The position numbers and the translations under genes were made by a program. A stretch of DNA of 62,892 nucleotides, the filler included, from Octopus bimaculoides (taxonomy: Eukaryota), in assembly GCF_001194135.2 (NCBI RefSeq). It is 4 parts of 4 records of this genome, joined end to end, with 100 filler letters (N's around TTAATTAATTAA, not from the genome) between each part and the next. Parts side by side here need not be neighbours in the genome. Positions count along the whole stretch, not along the records: positions 22,378 to 41,530 come from NC_068991.1; 3 more parts are not named here. One strand, 5' to 3'. The notes under the pieces are model-generated. The model made no database searches. It had not been told where the DNA came from and worked only from the letters and a program-made list of their open reading frames with translations. Shown here piece after piece: positions 23,410 to 36,950 of the stretch (position 1 is its first letter; each line of letters begins with the position of its first letter).

Positions 23410-25576
23410 CAAGCATGAGTAACCTTTTTCGAGTAGTGGGCCGCATGACATATGATTCGTTATCAGGTGGGCCACATACTACGAAACTGTTTCTTAGCTG
23501 ATATCTCAGCTACTTTCACTAAAGAAGACTATACACGTAAACAACTGCTTCAGAAATTAGGAAAAGTTGATTTTTATTTCTTTACAGAAAAGATATTGCT
23601 ATAATTAAAATACTGAGGTCTTGATCTGATATTATAACTCAGGCTGCTCTCGTGATACAATACGGAAAAATTAAAAGGAAATATTCTTGAAAAATCAGTG
23701 TTATATAAGAATATCTGTATGGTGAGTGTATTGAAGAGAAAATTGAATAGTTTTGCAATCCGTGATGAAAATTCTATGAAAATATATTTTTTTTAATCAT
23801 AGGTACACATTTGAATATTCTTTAAATATCATTGGTCACATTTAAACTGAAAACTAAAGCTAATATATAAAACATGCCTAAAATGTAGTAAAATTTGGTT
23901 CTAATTTGTTTATTTGACAATATAATTATATTTTATGAAAAATTATGATAATTTCCAAGCTTTGTCTCATGAATCAACAACTGGTTTTGCTTTTAAATTA
24001 GATGTGATATCTAGGAAAAGTGCACGGTTACCAACCTAGATATCATTCTTCTGTTCAAGTTAAATTTACCTTTCATGAACGTTTATACCTTGATCTTTCT
24101 TTGTGAATATCGCCAACGGTTTAGAATGCCGAGTATATTATCTTCAACGAAAGGTTAAAAAATTCACAAAACGTGATACCTCATCATTGTTATGTATATA
24201 TATGGTTTAGTTGAACTGTTATAAGCTTTTGTTCTGGGGAAAATGGTATCGCAACAAAAGGAAGCATTTTCACAAATGAAAAGAAATTGAAAAACAAATT
24301 TATGTGACCTAAGTTTGGTGCAACATATGAAAAGAAGGAGAAACAAAACGAGTCCGACTAATCCACGTTAAAAGGCTACATAACTACACACAGATAAGAA
24401 ACATCGTATTCATTATTCGTTTGTTATTGGCATGAATAGAATTTCCACACAAATTTTTGCGACAAACTTGGCATTGTCGTACTTTTCACAACGTTTCCAT
24501 TATCTAGAGATGTTTGAGATGTTCCGAATATAAAATTGTCTTGGAGGTAATTATCAGTCTATCTTGACCGAGTTTTCGAGATTCATTATTTTAGCAACTT
24601 TTGCGCAAACAACGTAGTTTACATGTACAATTTTTTTAGAGTTGTTTTTTCTTTCAGAAAAGTGCCTACTTAGGCGACCGATCTGTTTCCTGAAGGCTTC
24701 TGTCTTTTGCTTTCTCATACCTCCCTTAAATTTAAAGAACCCCAAGTGTTTTGAAGCGTAATACCCACTTACATGAAATTCTTTATAAGCGGAGAGGGAT
24801 TCATAGCATATTGAACATACTGATCTGTTGAGGGTTTTTTTACTTCAACCGAGAATTAATCATTTATCCACTTTTCCTGGATTTTTTTCTTTTACTTAGA
24901 AATCTTACTGATATTTTTTTTTATAAAGCTATAAACTGTAATATCAAATGTTAAAATTTTTAAACGAAATACTTATTGGTTTCTGTTTCCACCGTTTCTA
25001 AACACTTTTTGGGGTAATTCAGCGACTGTATCTACATGTGAGCACTGCGTAGCTTAGCTCTGTACATTTACACTTTGAAAGTATAGTTTTTTTCAATCCT
25101 GCGTGACATCGCTACACGATACTCAGTGTAGTTATAGTCGCTGAATCAACGCAACAATTCGTTATAGGTGATGGAATAGAAATTAAACATTAAATCAATA
25201 ATTCTCATTCGTTGATGTGTCATCAGTAGAGATATCAGTTTAAGTCCCTTCAACGTTTGGATGGTTGCAAATTAATTATAAGGCATGTTGAAAATTACAC
25301 GAATGACTGACAATGGCGAAAAATTTTAGTTTCATGATTGGTGTATCCACAGTCCAATGGTCATTAATAAGGAGGATTAGTTGAGCATTTAATAGTTATT
25401 TCACTACCACACCAGTTTCCCCAAATAGCTTGAATGAGAGAGTGTGTGAATGAACAAGTGAGAACGAAACGAAACAAAGTTTTAATAAACATTAATTTCT
25501 TCATAAAATTAGGTGTGCTATCCAGAAAACGAAATGGGCTTCATGCAGCCCGCAGACCTCATGCTGGACATGACTG
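23410..25576 (-). mobile_element. Decayed hAT (Charlie/SPIN/GTF2IRD2-like) DNA transposon
   Basis: CA...TG ends with GGGCCGCATG / ATGCAGCCCGC subterminal motifs; near-TSD GTTTAAA(A)C / GTTTAAAT; traces of a zinc-finger-like ICY.SLS.YKEFHV..YY.SKH (about 24770-24850) and WISR (the RWLSRG position, about 24360). Confidence 0.6.
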
Positions 25577-25956
25577 GTTTAAATACAAAGTGTGTGTCCA
25601 ACTCTGAAATACAGTATGTTTTCTTAAATCAAATATTTGTTTTGTTTATTAATCTACGCTATTTCAGTATAATAATTTTTTCTTAAACAAAACTCGTCCC
25701 ATTTGGAAGGAAAATTCTAATCCATTAAATTGATTCAGTACTTGATTGGTACTTGATTGTTTCAACTAAGCATGAAGACTGGCAAAGTAGTTGACCGTTG
25801 AACAAATTATATATACATACACACACACTCACACACACATATTCACACACATACACACACAATATATATATATATATAATTGTTAAAGACAACAATCGTT
25901 AAGGCAAGGCAAACATCTAAAGTCATATATATTGTTATTAATGGAAAAAATTCAAA

Positions 25957-26013
25957 GTCTTACACCTGTTTCTGGGATATCCCAGAGTATGGGATATTCC
26001 GTCATCAGAGACA
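25957..26013 (-). ncRNA. Type I hammerhead ribozyme motif (left copy of inverted pair)
   Basis: TGTCT-CTGATGA-CGGA-ATATCCCA(TACTC)TGGGATAT-CCCA-GAAA-C(AGGT)G-TA-AGAC; 10.1-11.1 pair is C/A mismatched. Confidence 0.6.
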
Positions 26014-26303
26014 AATAGGGAAAATGAGAAAGGTATAAATTAATGAAATCACGACATAGAGGACAGGTGCAAAGGAATAAGGAGATGAAGAGAGAGAAGA
26101 AAAAAGAAGCATGAAAGTTCACATTCCGATGTTGTAGAAATAAGTGCATAAGTCCTTAGGTACAATCCTGCGTAGATCCATGTGGATTAAAGTCCTGATA
26201 TTGTAAACAGCCCCTCCCCACCGAAAAAAAATGCGAACATATTAACGTTCAATAACAGAATGTCATCATTTCATTAATCTATACCCTTCTCATTTTCCCT
26301 AAT

Positions 26304-26361
26304 TGTCTCTGATGATGGAATATCCCATACGCTGGGATATCCCAGAAATAGCCGTAAGACA
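26304..26361 (+). ncRNA. Type I hammerhead ribozyme motif (right copy of inverted pair)
   Basis: TGTCT-CTGATGA-TGGA-ATATCCCA(TACGC)TGGGATAT-CCCA-GAAA-T(AGCC)G-TA-AGACA; 5-bp stem I, long stem II, GUA cleavage triplet. Confidence 0.7.
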
Positions 26362-27166
26362 TTGAATTTCTTCCAATAATAATAATGTATATGACTTNNN
26401 NNNNNNNNNNNNNNNNNNNNNNNNNNNNNNNNNNNNNNNNNNNNNNNNNNNNNNNNNNNNNNNNNNNNNNNNNNNNNNNNNNNNNNNNNNNNNNNNNNNN
26501 NNNNNNNNNNNNNNNNNNNNNNNNNNNNNNNNNNNNNNNNNNNNNNNNNNNNNNNNNNNNNNNNNNNNNNNNNNNNNNNNNNNNNNNNNNNNNNNNNNNN
26601 NNNNNNNNNNNNNNNNNNNNNNNNNNNNNNNNNNNNNNNNNNNNNNNNNNNNNNNNNNNNNNNNNNNNNNNNNNNNNNNNNNNNNNNNNNNNNNNNNNNN
26701 NNNNNNNNNNNNNNNNNNNNNNNNNNNNNNNNNNNNNNNNNNNNNNNNNNNNNNNNNNNNNNNNNNNNNNNNNNNNNNNNNNNNNNNNNNNNNNNNNNNN
26801 NNNNNNNNNNNNNNNNNNNNNNNNNNNNNNNNNNNNNNNNNNNNNNNNNNNNNNNNNNNNNNNNNNNNNNNNNNNNNNNNNNNNNNNNNNNNNNNNNNNN
26901 NNNNNNNNNNNNNNNNNNNNNNNNNNNNNNNNNNNNNNNNNNNNNNNNNNNNNNNNNNNNNNNNNNNNNNNNNNNNNNNNNNNNNNNNNNNNNNNNNNNN
27001 NNNNNNNNNNNNNNNNNNNNNNNNNNNNNNNNNNNNNNNNNNNNNNNNNNNNNNNNNNNNNNNNNNNNNNNNNNNNNNNNNNNNNNNNNNNNNNNNNNNN
27101 NNNNNNNNNNNNNNNNNNNNNNNNNNNNNNNNNNNNNNNNNNNNNNNNNNNNNNNNNNNNNNNNNN

Positions 27167-27216
<50 letters not shown>

Positions 27217-27222
27217 TACATA

Positions 27223-28393
27223 CAGGGTGTATAAGGTATTTACGGACAATTTTTTTTCTAGACAATCATATATATTAACAGAAAGCAAGTTAATGAAAAA
27301 ATTATACATATAAACTAGATCATCTTTATAATCTTATTCGATGCAACGACCTTAACCATCAGTAGCCGCTTTTATAAGAGATCTGAATCGTCTACTTGAC
27401 CGAATTAAACGGTTCTTGTTCATATCCAACATAACTTTTAAGATGCTGACTTTCAAAGAATTTTTGCCATTACGGGAATGTTGCTTGACCTCTCTCTCTC
27501 TCAACAACGCTCCGCATATGGTAGTCCAATAGATTGTGATCTGGTAAGTTTTGTGGCCAAATGTCAGGGGTTATGTGGCCGTGAAAATTATCAAACATTA
27601 ACTACTGAGTTACTTGAGCCTTGCGTGTTTAGCACTTCAGTGTAGCCAGCAGCAGAGTTAAGTCTAAGGCCTTGTAGAACGAAGAGAATAGGTATCACAT
27701 GTTCTTCATTACTGACAACTCCAATAGCCAAGACAGTTCTAGGAAATTTTGTGTGCAGGACTGTTGGAACTTCAGAAGGGTCTGAACGTAACTATATGTC
27801 ATTTTGTTGTTAATCTTCTGTTTCTTATCAACATTTTTCTCATCTGAGAAAAGCCGAATTATGTCATGTTCTTCTGGGTTTTTAACTTTTAGATCTGATC
27901 AAACGGTTTTCCTTTGGTTTTGCTAACATAAAGTGACCTCTCCTCATCACGTAATGCATGTGCCGTATGTCATCGTGGACAACAGTTCTGATTGTCCCTT
28001 CTGATACATGGGGATCTTTTGTAATTGACCTCACGGATTTTCTGGGTTTGCTGAACTTGTTAAGTAAATCAGAGTTTTCTGAAGGCATCGGAGCGCCGGG
28101 TGTGCTTTTTGCGTTTCTATACTGATGATACTTTTTCATCTGAGGCTTCTAAGTTCTTGCGAAAGATATAGCGAATTTTAAAAGCTGAGCTATCTATAAA
28201 TTACTGTGCTCAAACGTTAAGACCACAGTTATAGCATGCTCCTTCATTTCTTGAGTAAGTTGAGTGTGTGAGCCATTCCTCAAATCACAACCTGTCGTCT
28301 TCAAAGCTAAGAAGAAAACGTCGAACACTACAGTTCTTGATAAAGTCTGTCGAGAAAATAAAACAAAATCAAACATGAAACTTACAACCGGAG
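27223..28393 (-). mobile_element. Tc1/mariner superfamily (maT/DD37D-like) transposon, decayed
   Basis: TA|CAGGGTG left end; transposase traces MKEHAI..., VRSITKDPHVSEGTIRTVVHDD..YVMRRG, FSDEK, TKFP.TVL, WPQNLPDHNLLDY; right TIR poorly preserved. Confidence 0.78.
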
Positions 28394-28832
28394 TATATTT
28401 CAATTTAGATCTATTTGATCAAGACTGCCCACCAATAACAGCAGCAATAACAAGACAACGAATATAATAGAAACCAATATTAGCTGACGAAATCTGTTCT
28501 CTCATTACGTAAGGTACTACGACAAGAAAGTAGTGCAATTACTAAAGATTGAACAACCGATAATGTCCCATCTCCAGTATTATTACAATACCAAATTATT
28601 ATTCAGGAATTATAGAATCTTTTCTTATTTTCTGAGTGGGTTACGTAGAAATATATTCTGATATAGTTTCCATTGTCTGGTTCAATTTTCTACTAGATAT
28701 TGGATTCCCATTTACTAAAAGGGAACATGCAAATGTTCTTACTAGATAAACATAAACCTTTCTATGATGTCATGATCCGATTTATAGCCTTTCATTTGAG
28801 AAATCAGTGATGTCAGCATTTCTCATAGCATC

Positions 28833-28880
<48 letters not shown>

Positions 28881-29168
28881 GTCTCTTTCTCTGTTTCCGC
28901 CCATGAGTATATGTGTGTATGTGTATTTGTGGTTATATGAATATACTACACACAACCATGCACATATACACACATTCTGCATACAAACTTACGTACAGAC
29001 ATATTCATATACAGACTTGAATACGTGTACATATATGTGTGTACATGTATATATAAACAGAGAAAGAGAGAGAGAGAGAGGAAGATTTGTTGTGTAAGGC
29101 CGGATCAATGTATATGCAATCGACTTCCCTACCCTTCAAAATTGTTGACTTTGTAACAAAATGAGAAA

Positions 29169-29203
<35 letters not shown>

Positions 29204-29311
29204 TGTGTCTGTGTTTGTGTTGGTGTGTGTGTTTGTGTGTGTATGTGTGTGTCTGTGTGTGAGTCTGTGTGCGTGCGCGCAGTACGTAATTACATATTAT
29301 TATAGAAACCC

Positions 29312-29371
<60 letters not shown>

Positions 29372-30374
29372 TTATTAATATTTCTAAGTCTCTCTAAAGG
29401 AGACTACGGCAGCGGTACTGGAAATTAANNNNNNNNNNNNNNNNNNNNNNNNNNNNNNNNNNNNNNNNNNNNNNNNNNNNNNNNNNNNNNNNNNNNNNNN
29501 NNNNNNNNNNNNNNNNNNNNNNNNNNNNNNNNNNNNNNNNNNNNNNNNNNNNNNNNNNNNNNNNNNNNNNNNNNNNNNNNNNNNNNNNNNNNNNNNNNNN
29601 NNNNNNNNNNNNNNNNNNNNNNNNNNNNNNNNNNNNNNNNNNNNNNNNNNNNNNNNNNNNNNNNNNNNNNNNNNNNNNNNNNNNNNNNNNNNNNNNNNNN
29701 NNNNNNNNNNNNNNNNNNNNNNNNNNNNNNNNNNNNNNNNNNNNNNNNNNNNNNNNNNNNNNNNNNNNNNNGTGTTTGTGTGTGTATGTGTGTGTCTGTG
29801 TGTGAGTCTGTGTGCGTGCGCGCAGTACGTAATTACATATTATTATAGAAACCCATATATATATATATATATATATAGCAAGCGTACGCATATGTCCGAG
29901 TTAGTGACTCTGGTTATATATTGGATACAAGCGTGCGCCATTTAGTCTTTTTCTGTGCGAGTGTGCACATAGGTATCTCTTTCAGTGTCTGTGTGTGCAA
30001 GCGAGAGGGAGGGGTGGGGACAAAGAATGATAATATACTTGTGCGCATATGCGCGCGCGATGTTCTATGTCTGTGTCTGTGTGTCTGTGTCTGTGCGCGT
30101 GCGGGTATGGCGTGGTTGCGTAGGATTGCATTCAGTTGATTGATTTAATCTTTTTGGACAATAAATCTGGCTAAATGAATAAAGGAAAATTGAACTGCTG
30201 TTGCAAAATACTGACCAAATGTTACTCTGTACTGTTTCTTACTCTTCATGAAACACAAGACCTTTGCCAATAATGAAATCAAATTTTCTCCTTCACTTAC
30301 TTCTATACTGCTTATTTCTAAAGATATCTTCATACTCTTTCACTCGGATAACTTTGCCGAGATCTCTGTGTGAT

Positions 30375-30408
<34 letters not shown>

Positions 30409-30410
30409 CA

Positions 30411-30444
<34 letters not shown>

Positions 30445-30507
30445 CATACATACACATCTTAATTTTTGTGCCTCTGATATATATATGTGTGTGTGTGTGT
30501 GTGTAAT

Positions 30508-30705
30508 ATCTTTTACTCTTTTACTTGTTTCAGTCATTTGACTGCGGCCATGCTGGAGCAACACCTTAAGGTGTTTTAGTCGAACAAATTGACCTGCAGC
30601 ACTTATTCTTTGTAAGCCTAGTACTTACTTTATCGATAGGTTACGGAGGCGTAAACACACCAACATCGGTTGTCAAGCGATGGAGAGGGGACAAACCCAG
30701 ACACA
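30508..30705 (-). mobile_element. SINE 3' half
   Basis: Same sequence family as 46148-46340 (TTTTACTTGTTTCAGTC..TGACTGCGGCC.TGCTGGAGCA). Confidence 0.8.
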
Positions 30706-30969
30706 AATATATACATATATATATATATATANNNNNNNNNNNNNNNNNNNNNNNNNNNNNNNNNNNNNNNNNNNNNNNNNNNNNNNNNNNNNNNNNNNNN
30801 NNNNNNNNNNNNNNNNNNNNNNNNNNNNNNNNNNNNNNNNNNNNNNNNNNNNNNNNNNNNNNNNNNNNNNNNNNNNNNNNNNNNNNNNNNNNNNNNNNNN
30901 NNNNNNNNNNNNNNNNNNNNNNNNNNNNNNNNNNNNNNNNNNNNNNNNNNNNNNNNNNNNNNNNNNNNN

Positions 30970-31110
30970 AGGACACCACAGAACATAAACAACATGAAAT
31001 ACGAAAACATGGAATACGAACTTTTTTTGCGAACAAGGAAAGAAACAAATGGAAAACAAGACAAGCAACATAAAAAAAACGACCCTTCACCCGACAACTG
31101 GCCCGAGTAT
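30970..31110 (-). repeat. Fragment of a T-rich pLTR-like repeat related to 55731-56112
   Basis: ATGGAAAACAAGACAAG...AACGACCCTTCA shared with 55745-55785. Confidence 0.5.
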
Positions 31111-32179
31111 ATCTTAGTGTATACCGTTGACGACATTCAGAGGCGGAACCAGGATAACAGAAAGTGTTATGGTAGAGTAGGTGGTGGTGGTGGTGAGTGG
31201 ATATTGAAAAGTGCATTTTAAAAACTTGAACCAAGTTTGTTTTTTTTATATTACCTATGACTTAACGCATGCGTATAAGTGCAATCCGTGAAATATTCAC
31301 ACTCATAAATGTGGTAGATATATGCAATTTAACTAAAGGTTATATTCGGGATTTTATAGTTGCTTATGGGGAAAATAGAAAAATAAGAGTGAATATTTAT
31401 CTTATGAGTGTTGTGTATGAAGTCTATAAAATTGTGCATCAACTATATAAATTGTATATATAAAGTGTATTAAATAATCATCGTATTCCAATTTCTTTCA
31501 CTTTTCAACGAGTTGCAGATGAGCGACTATCTTTCCATACAGACACAACACCGGCTACGCTTACAGGTTTTTGGATAAAGTCTTCAGAAATAACCCGATA
31601 CGTTTACCATCAATTCCGTGAAATATTCACAGGTCTCGTTAGTAAAAATTAATTTATAAAGAAATTCTAATTTAATAAATAAGGTAGTTGATGAATTTAT
31701 ATAAAATAAAATTTTAGAACAAAATAAGTGACTCAAAAAGTATTATTTTTAAAAGAGACGTGTTTAAAGAAATTTCTCTGAAAAAATTATTTAAATGAAT
31801 GACATTTACTAATACATAAGTACCCGTTTGCATTAAGCTATATTTAGAATTATATTCAATTTTAAAGGAAATAGTAATCAGTGTGACATGTTCACCCTAG
31901 TATTTAAAAAAAACAGACAGTATAAATTACGATAAACTTGAGCATGCCTAAAACACCGTATTCCAAAAATTCAGCTTGTTGGAGCGTTCTATGAGATACG
32001 ACAGTTATCAAGAACTCAACTGCCAGTTAAATACATTTTGAAATCTGATGATTACTACGAACGTATGAAAGCGCCAATTGTACTTTATGAACATTACAAA
32101 ATATTCTTTTAATGTTAAAATACCATAATAAAAAAATGTGAAAACCAGACCATGTTTTAACTTTATTCAACACACACAC

Positions 32180-32250
<71 letters not shown>

Positions 32251-33814
32251 TAATTGACCTCCTCCAGCATGGAAAAATATACGTCCATAACGTTTATAAT
32301 AAAAGAGATTAGTAGTATTGACGAAAAACATAATTGCAAATTATAGGAATCTACCGATCCATTACTTAATCCTTTCTCAATGCTTTAACTTCTTTCAACA
32401 GTAACGTACCAGTCAGGAAATTTGATAAATATTTCGAAGTGCACACAAACAAATACCTTTTGTCTTCCGATAATTTATCTTAAATTTTAAAAGAGAGAAA
32501 ATATTTTATGCGTCCATTGGATTTCAGAATTTGGTGGAAATATGTGAAATGCTTGGAATCTATATTTTGGAATTTCTGCATCAATGGTTTCCTACATTGC
32601 AAGGAGATGATGCAGAGACGATAATCTATTCATCATCCCTTTCAATATGAAATGTCATGAACTGATGTAAGCTTAGAAAAGACCTCATATAATTGTTTTG
32701 TATGTATAGGTTAAGAATTTTTTTTTTTACCCAACTACCTTTTTCTGAAATTAAATTCCACATGCATCATAATAATATAGATTAAATAAATACAATCACA
32801 AGAAAAATTGTTTGAATTGCAGTAAGTACATTACAATATAAAAATTAATAATATTTAACGTGTTTGTCAGTATGAATGTAAGAGATGCCTACAAGTGTAT
32901 GTGCTTTTTGTTCTATATTACTGCATATAATTTTATAAGTGCACACATGTGTACATATGTATACATACTTTTATATATACATATATGTGTGTGTGTGTGT
33001 GTGTGTGTGTATGTGAGTATTCCAATATATATATANNNNNNNNNNNNNNNNNNNNNNNNNNNNNNNNNNNNNNNNNNNNNNNNNNNNNNNNNNNNNNNNN
33101 NNNNNNNNNNNNNNNNNNNNNNNNNNNNNNNNNNNNNNNNNNNNNNNNNNNNNNNNNNNNNNNNNNNNNNNNNNNNNNNNNNNNNNNNNNNNNNNNNNNN
33201 NNNNNNNNNNNNNNNNNNNNNNNNNNNNNNNNNNNNNNNNNNNNNNNNNNNNNNNNNNNNNNNNNNNNNNNNNNNNNNNNNNNNNNNNNNNNNNNNNNNN
33301 NNNNNNNNNNNNNNNNNNNNNNNNNNNNNNNNNNNNNNNNNNNNNNNNNNNNNNNNNNNNNNNNNNNNNNNNNNNNNNNNNNNNNNNNNNNNNNNNNNNN
33401 NNNNNNNNNNNNNNNNNNNNNNNNNNNNNNNNNNNNNNNNNNNNNNNNNNNNNNNNNNNNNNNNNNNNNNNNNNNNNNNNNNNNNNNNNNNNNNNNNNNN
33501 NNNNNNNNNNNNNNNNNNNNNNNNNNNNNNNNNNNNNNNNNNNNNNNNNNNNNNNNNNNNNNNNNNNNNNNNNNNNNNNNNNNNNNNNNNNNNNNNNNNN
33601 NNNNNNNNNNNNNNNNNNNNNNNNNNNNNNNNNNNNNNNNNNNNNNNNNNNNNNNNNNNNNNNNNNNNNNNNNNNNNNNNNNNNNNNNNNNNNNNNNNNN
33701 NNNNNNNNNNNNNNNNNNNNNNNNNNNNNNNNNNNNNNNNNNNNNNNNNNNNNNNNNNNNNNNNNNNNNNNNNNNNNNNNNNNNNNNNNNNNNNNNNNNN
33801 NNNNNNNTATACAT

Positions 33815-33925
<111 letters not shown>

Positions 33926-35558
33926 TACATGTCTGTGTGCATTACATAAGAGAGTTATCTCAACGATATTTTTATCTATCTCATTTGACTTTTATACTGC
34001 TTGTTTGCATTTTATTCCTTTTCACATGTTTTTCTACTTATACCTCTGTATCAATTTGTTACTAACGTTCTGTATAGAATATTGATATGTACCATACTGA
34101 AATATAAATTGAAGCAACTATTCGTTCACTTATACATACATGCATACATACATATATACATACATACATACATACATAAATACATGCACTTTAGATGAGA
34201 CACATAAATATATACACATTTATACACAAAGACACACTGGGATAGATAGATATATATAGACGCATAAATATAACTTTGTATACATGTTACAACGAAACCA
34301 GTAAAAAGATTGCACCTTAGAGCATCTTTCTAAAGACATAATCAATAGCAAAGGAAGCAATACTTATAAGATTACATTTATCTTGCAAGGCACCAGGCAC
34401 CCCAAATAATTCTTCATTGCTCTACATCTCTAACATGAAGAGAGAAGTTGCAATGATGAATCCAAAATTCAATAACGAACTTATTGCCAATAAGACTTTC
34501 TGCTACTTATTGGTCCAATTCAATACAAAGTGCGTAATTTCAACGATACATTCTTGTTCAGCCTCTAACCTAATCCTTCAATCTCTTCCTGACATTTTGC
34601 TCTTTCTTTCTCAAACCACTTTTTCTTTCACGTGTTCTATTCGTTTTCCCTGTTCCCTCGTTTTCTTTATTTTCTGTTTTCCTCTTTCTCCCTCTCTCCC
34701 TCTCTCCTACTCTCTCTCCTACTCTCTCTCCCTCTCTCCCTCTTTCCTTCTCTTTCTCTCTTTCTTCTAAACACGTTTTATCGTTTTCCCTTCGTTTCCC
34801 TATTTTTCTATTCCTCTCTTCCCGTTTCTCCTCCTTTCTCCTTTCTCTCTTTCTTTCTCAAGTATTCTGTTATTTCATTAAACATTCTTTATCTCTGTTC
34901 TTTCTCTGAATCTCCGATCTATAGCCTTACAACATTCATTTTGCATGGGTCTGGATTGCAATTCTTCTTTACTGGCATAGTTTCATAGCTATCTTCTCTC
35001 ATATACTTCTCTCAAAATAAATCTATCAGAAAAGTAATCAAAATAAGAATAACAATTACATGAAATGAATCCCTACTGTGGGTGAAAGATTTATACGTTA
35101 TTACTTTTTTTATGGTATCAGTAAATACTGCTGTTTTACTTTCCATTCTGGTATAGTGAGGAAGGAAGTAATGATACTATACCTTCTATCTATGAGGGGT
35201 TTCTAGGTCTGCATAAACTCAATATATCAAGACGATGCAGAATAATTTGAAGGAAATTTAGCTGCTATTACTAGTAACAGGAGTGATTGAGTAATTCTCC
35301 CGGCCTTTGGTTGTTGTTTTGTGTTTGTTACTGATAGTGCTGACCATTTTTTTTTTTTTTTAAATATTGCTATCAAGCCATCAGGTGATAAATATTTTTC
35401 ACTCAATATGTGAGATTTAAGAAAGGAAATTTTAAACATTTGGCAATATCACGAGTTAAATTCATATTTATGTTAGTGCGTATATGTGTTATAGTAAAAA
35501 CTGCATACATATAAACACATACACATGCATATATGTTGAGGTGTGGAGGTGTATATTA

Positions 35559-35591
<33 letters not shown>

Positions 35592-35715
35592 NNNNNNNNN
35601 NNNNNNNNNNNNNNNNNNNNNNNNNNNNNNNNNNNNNNNNNNNNNNNNNNNNNNNNNNNNNNNNNNNNNNNNNNNNNNNNNNNNNNNNNNNNNNNNNNNN
35701 NNNNNNNNNNNNNNN

Positions 35716-35822
35716 CAGCAGAAATATAACAAAAGACTGTTACTCTGAGTTTCACGTTCCCGTTCATCGGATGAACGGGAACGTGAAACTCAGAGTAACA
35801 GTCTTTTGTTATATTTCTGCTG
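35716..35822. repeat. Perfect 53-bp-arm palindrome with 1-nt centre, containing hammerhead halves
   Basis: 35716-35768 is the exact reverse complement of 35770-35822; each arm reads GATGA-ACG(GGAA)CGT-GAAA-CTCAGAG-TA-ACAGT outward. Confidence 0.9.
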
Positions 35823-36289
35823 CTTTTAAATAAAGTATATATATATATACATATATATATATATTACTCAAAAGAATTCCAATTCTGTCTGTTTTTCACG
35901 TTTTATTTATAATCTTCTAATATTGATATAAGATATAAAATAATATAGTAAAAAGAAATGAAATGAAGTATTAATCGTCTATTCTTATTGAACAAATGAA
36001 ATATTAGAGGTCCATTCTTATTGAACTAGTAAACTTTCTTGCATTTATGCAATCTTCAGGTTCATTGGTGGTGACAGTTGTGTTCATTGGTTTCAACTGT
36101 AGTTGACTGGTTAAATGTTGTCCTTCATATACATTCCTGTGGATAGAAGTAGTAGTTGCTTGGCTATTTTTAGAAATGATGCCATACCATTTTTCAGTGT
36201 TTATTTTTATAAATGATGACAACAGTAATTTTTAGAGATTTTCATTTTTTATATATGGAGATCAGACATTTAAACCTTAAATAAAATTA

Positions 36290-36950
36290 TTTTTTATCAC
36301 TGTTTATTAAGCTTAAGTTTGAATTTATTAATAAAGTTCTTTTCTCCCAGTTTTCTCTCGATTTCATTCGGATTGTATAGTTTATGAAATGAAAATATTA
36401 TAAATATTTTCCGGCCATATGTTGCTAGGTATTTGGCGGACTTCTGGATTTTTAATTGTCGGTGCACACGTGAGCGTTCTGATAGGGCATTGCCTGTCTG
36501 GCCAACATACAGTTCTTCACAATTCGGGCATTTGATGCAGTAGATTGAATTTCTGCTTTTACAGTTCATATTTGCGTTTGTGAATATTTTCCCCGTTTTT
36601 GTATTCCTATATGGGCTGATATAAATTAATTGGCATGTACCGCATCGGCTATCATTGCGTTTAGACACAGTGAACGGTTGGTCTTTGTCGCTAAGGTCAA
36701 ACCTTGCCTTTGTTAATAACTTTTTCAAGCTTTTACGCTGTCTTTTACTGAGAATTATAGTTTGGTATGTAATGATATCTCTTAATTCCTTACTTTGAGC
36801 AATGATTTAGCGATATTTTACTCAAAATTTGTGGTAATAGTGAGAGTATTATTGATCTGAAGTGCCTCTGATTGGCTAAAATGTTTTTATGAAAAGGTGC
36901 TGTCAATGTCATCTGTGTTAATGCGTTTATCAAGCCGTTATGAATTAAAG
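36290..36950 (-). mobile_element. Penelope-like (Neptune-like) GIY-YIG endonuclease fragment
   Basis: SRCGTCQL linker, NCKSRNSIYCIKCPNCEELYVGQTGNALSERSRVH, C-terminal KLN. Confidence 0.85.

Noticed and set aside
29229-29878. Identical ~100-bp block on both sides of gap 29429-29771
   Set aside because: Most likely an overlap or haplotype artefact at a microsatellite-flanked gap.
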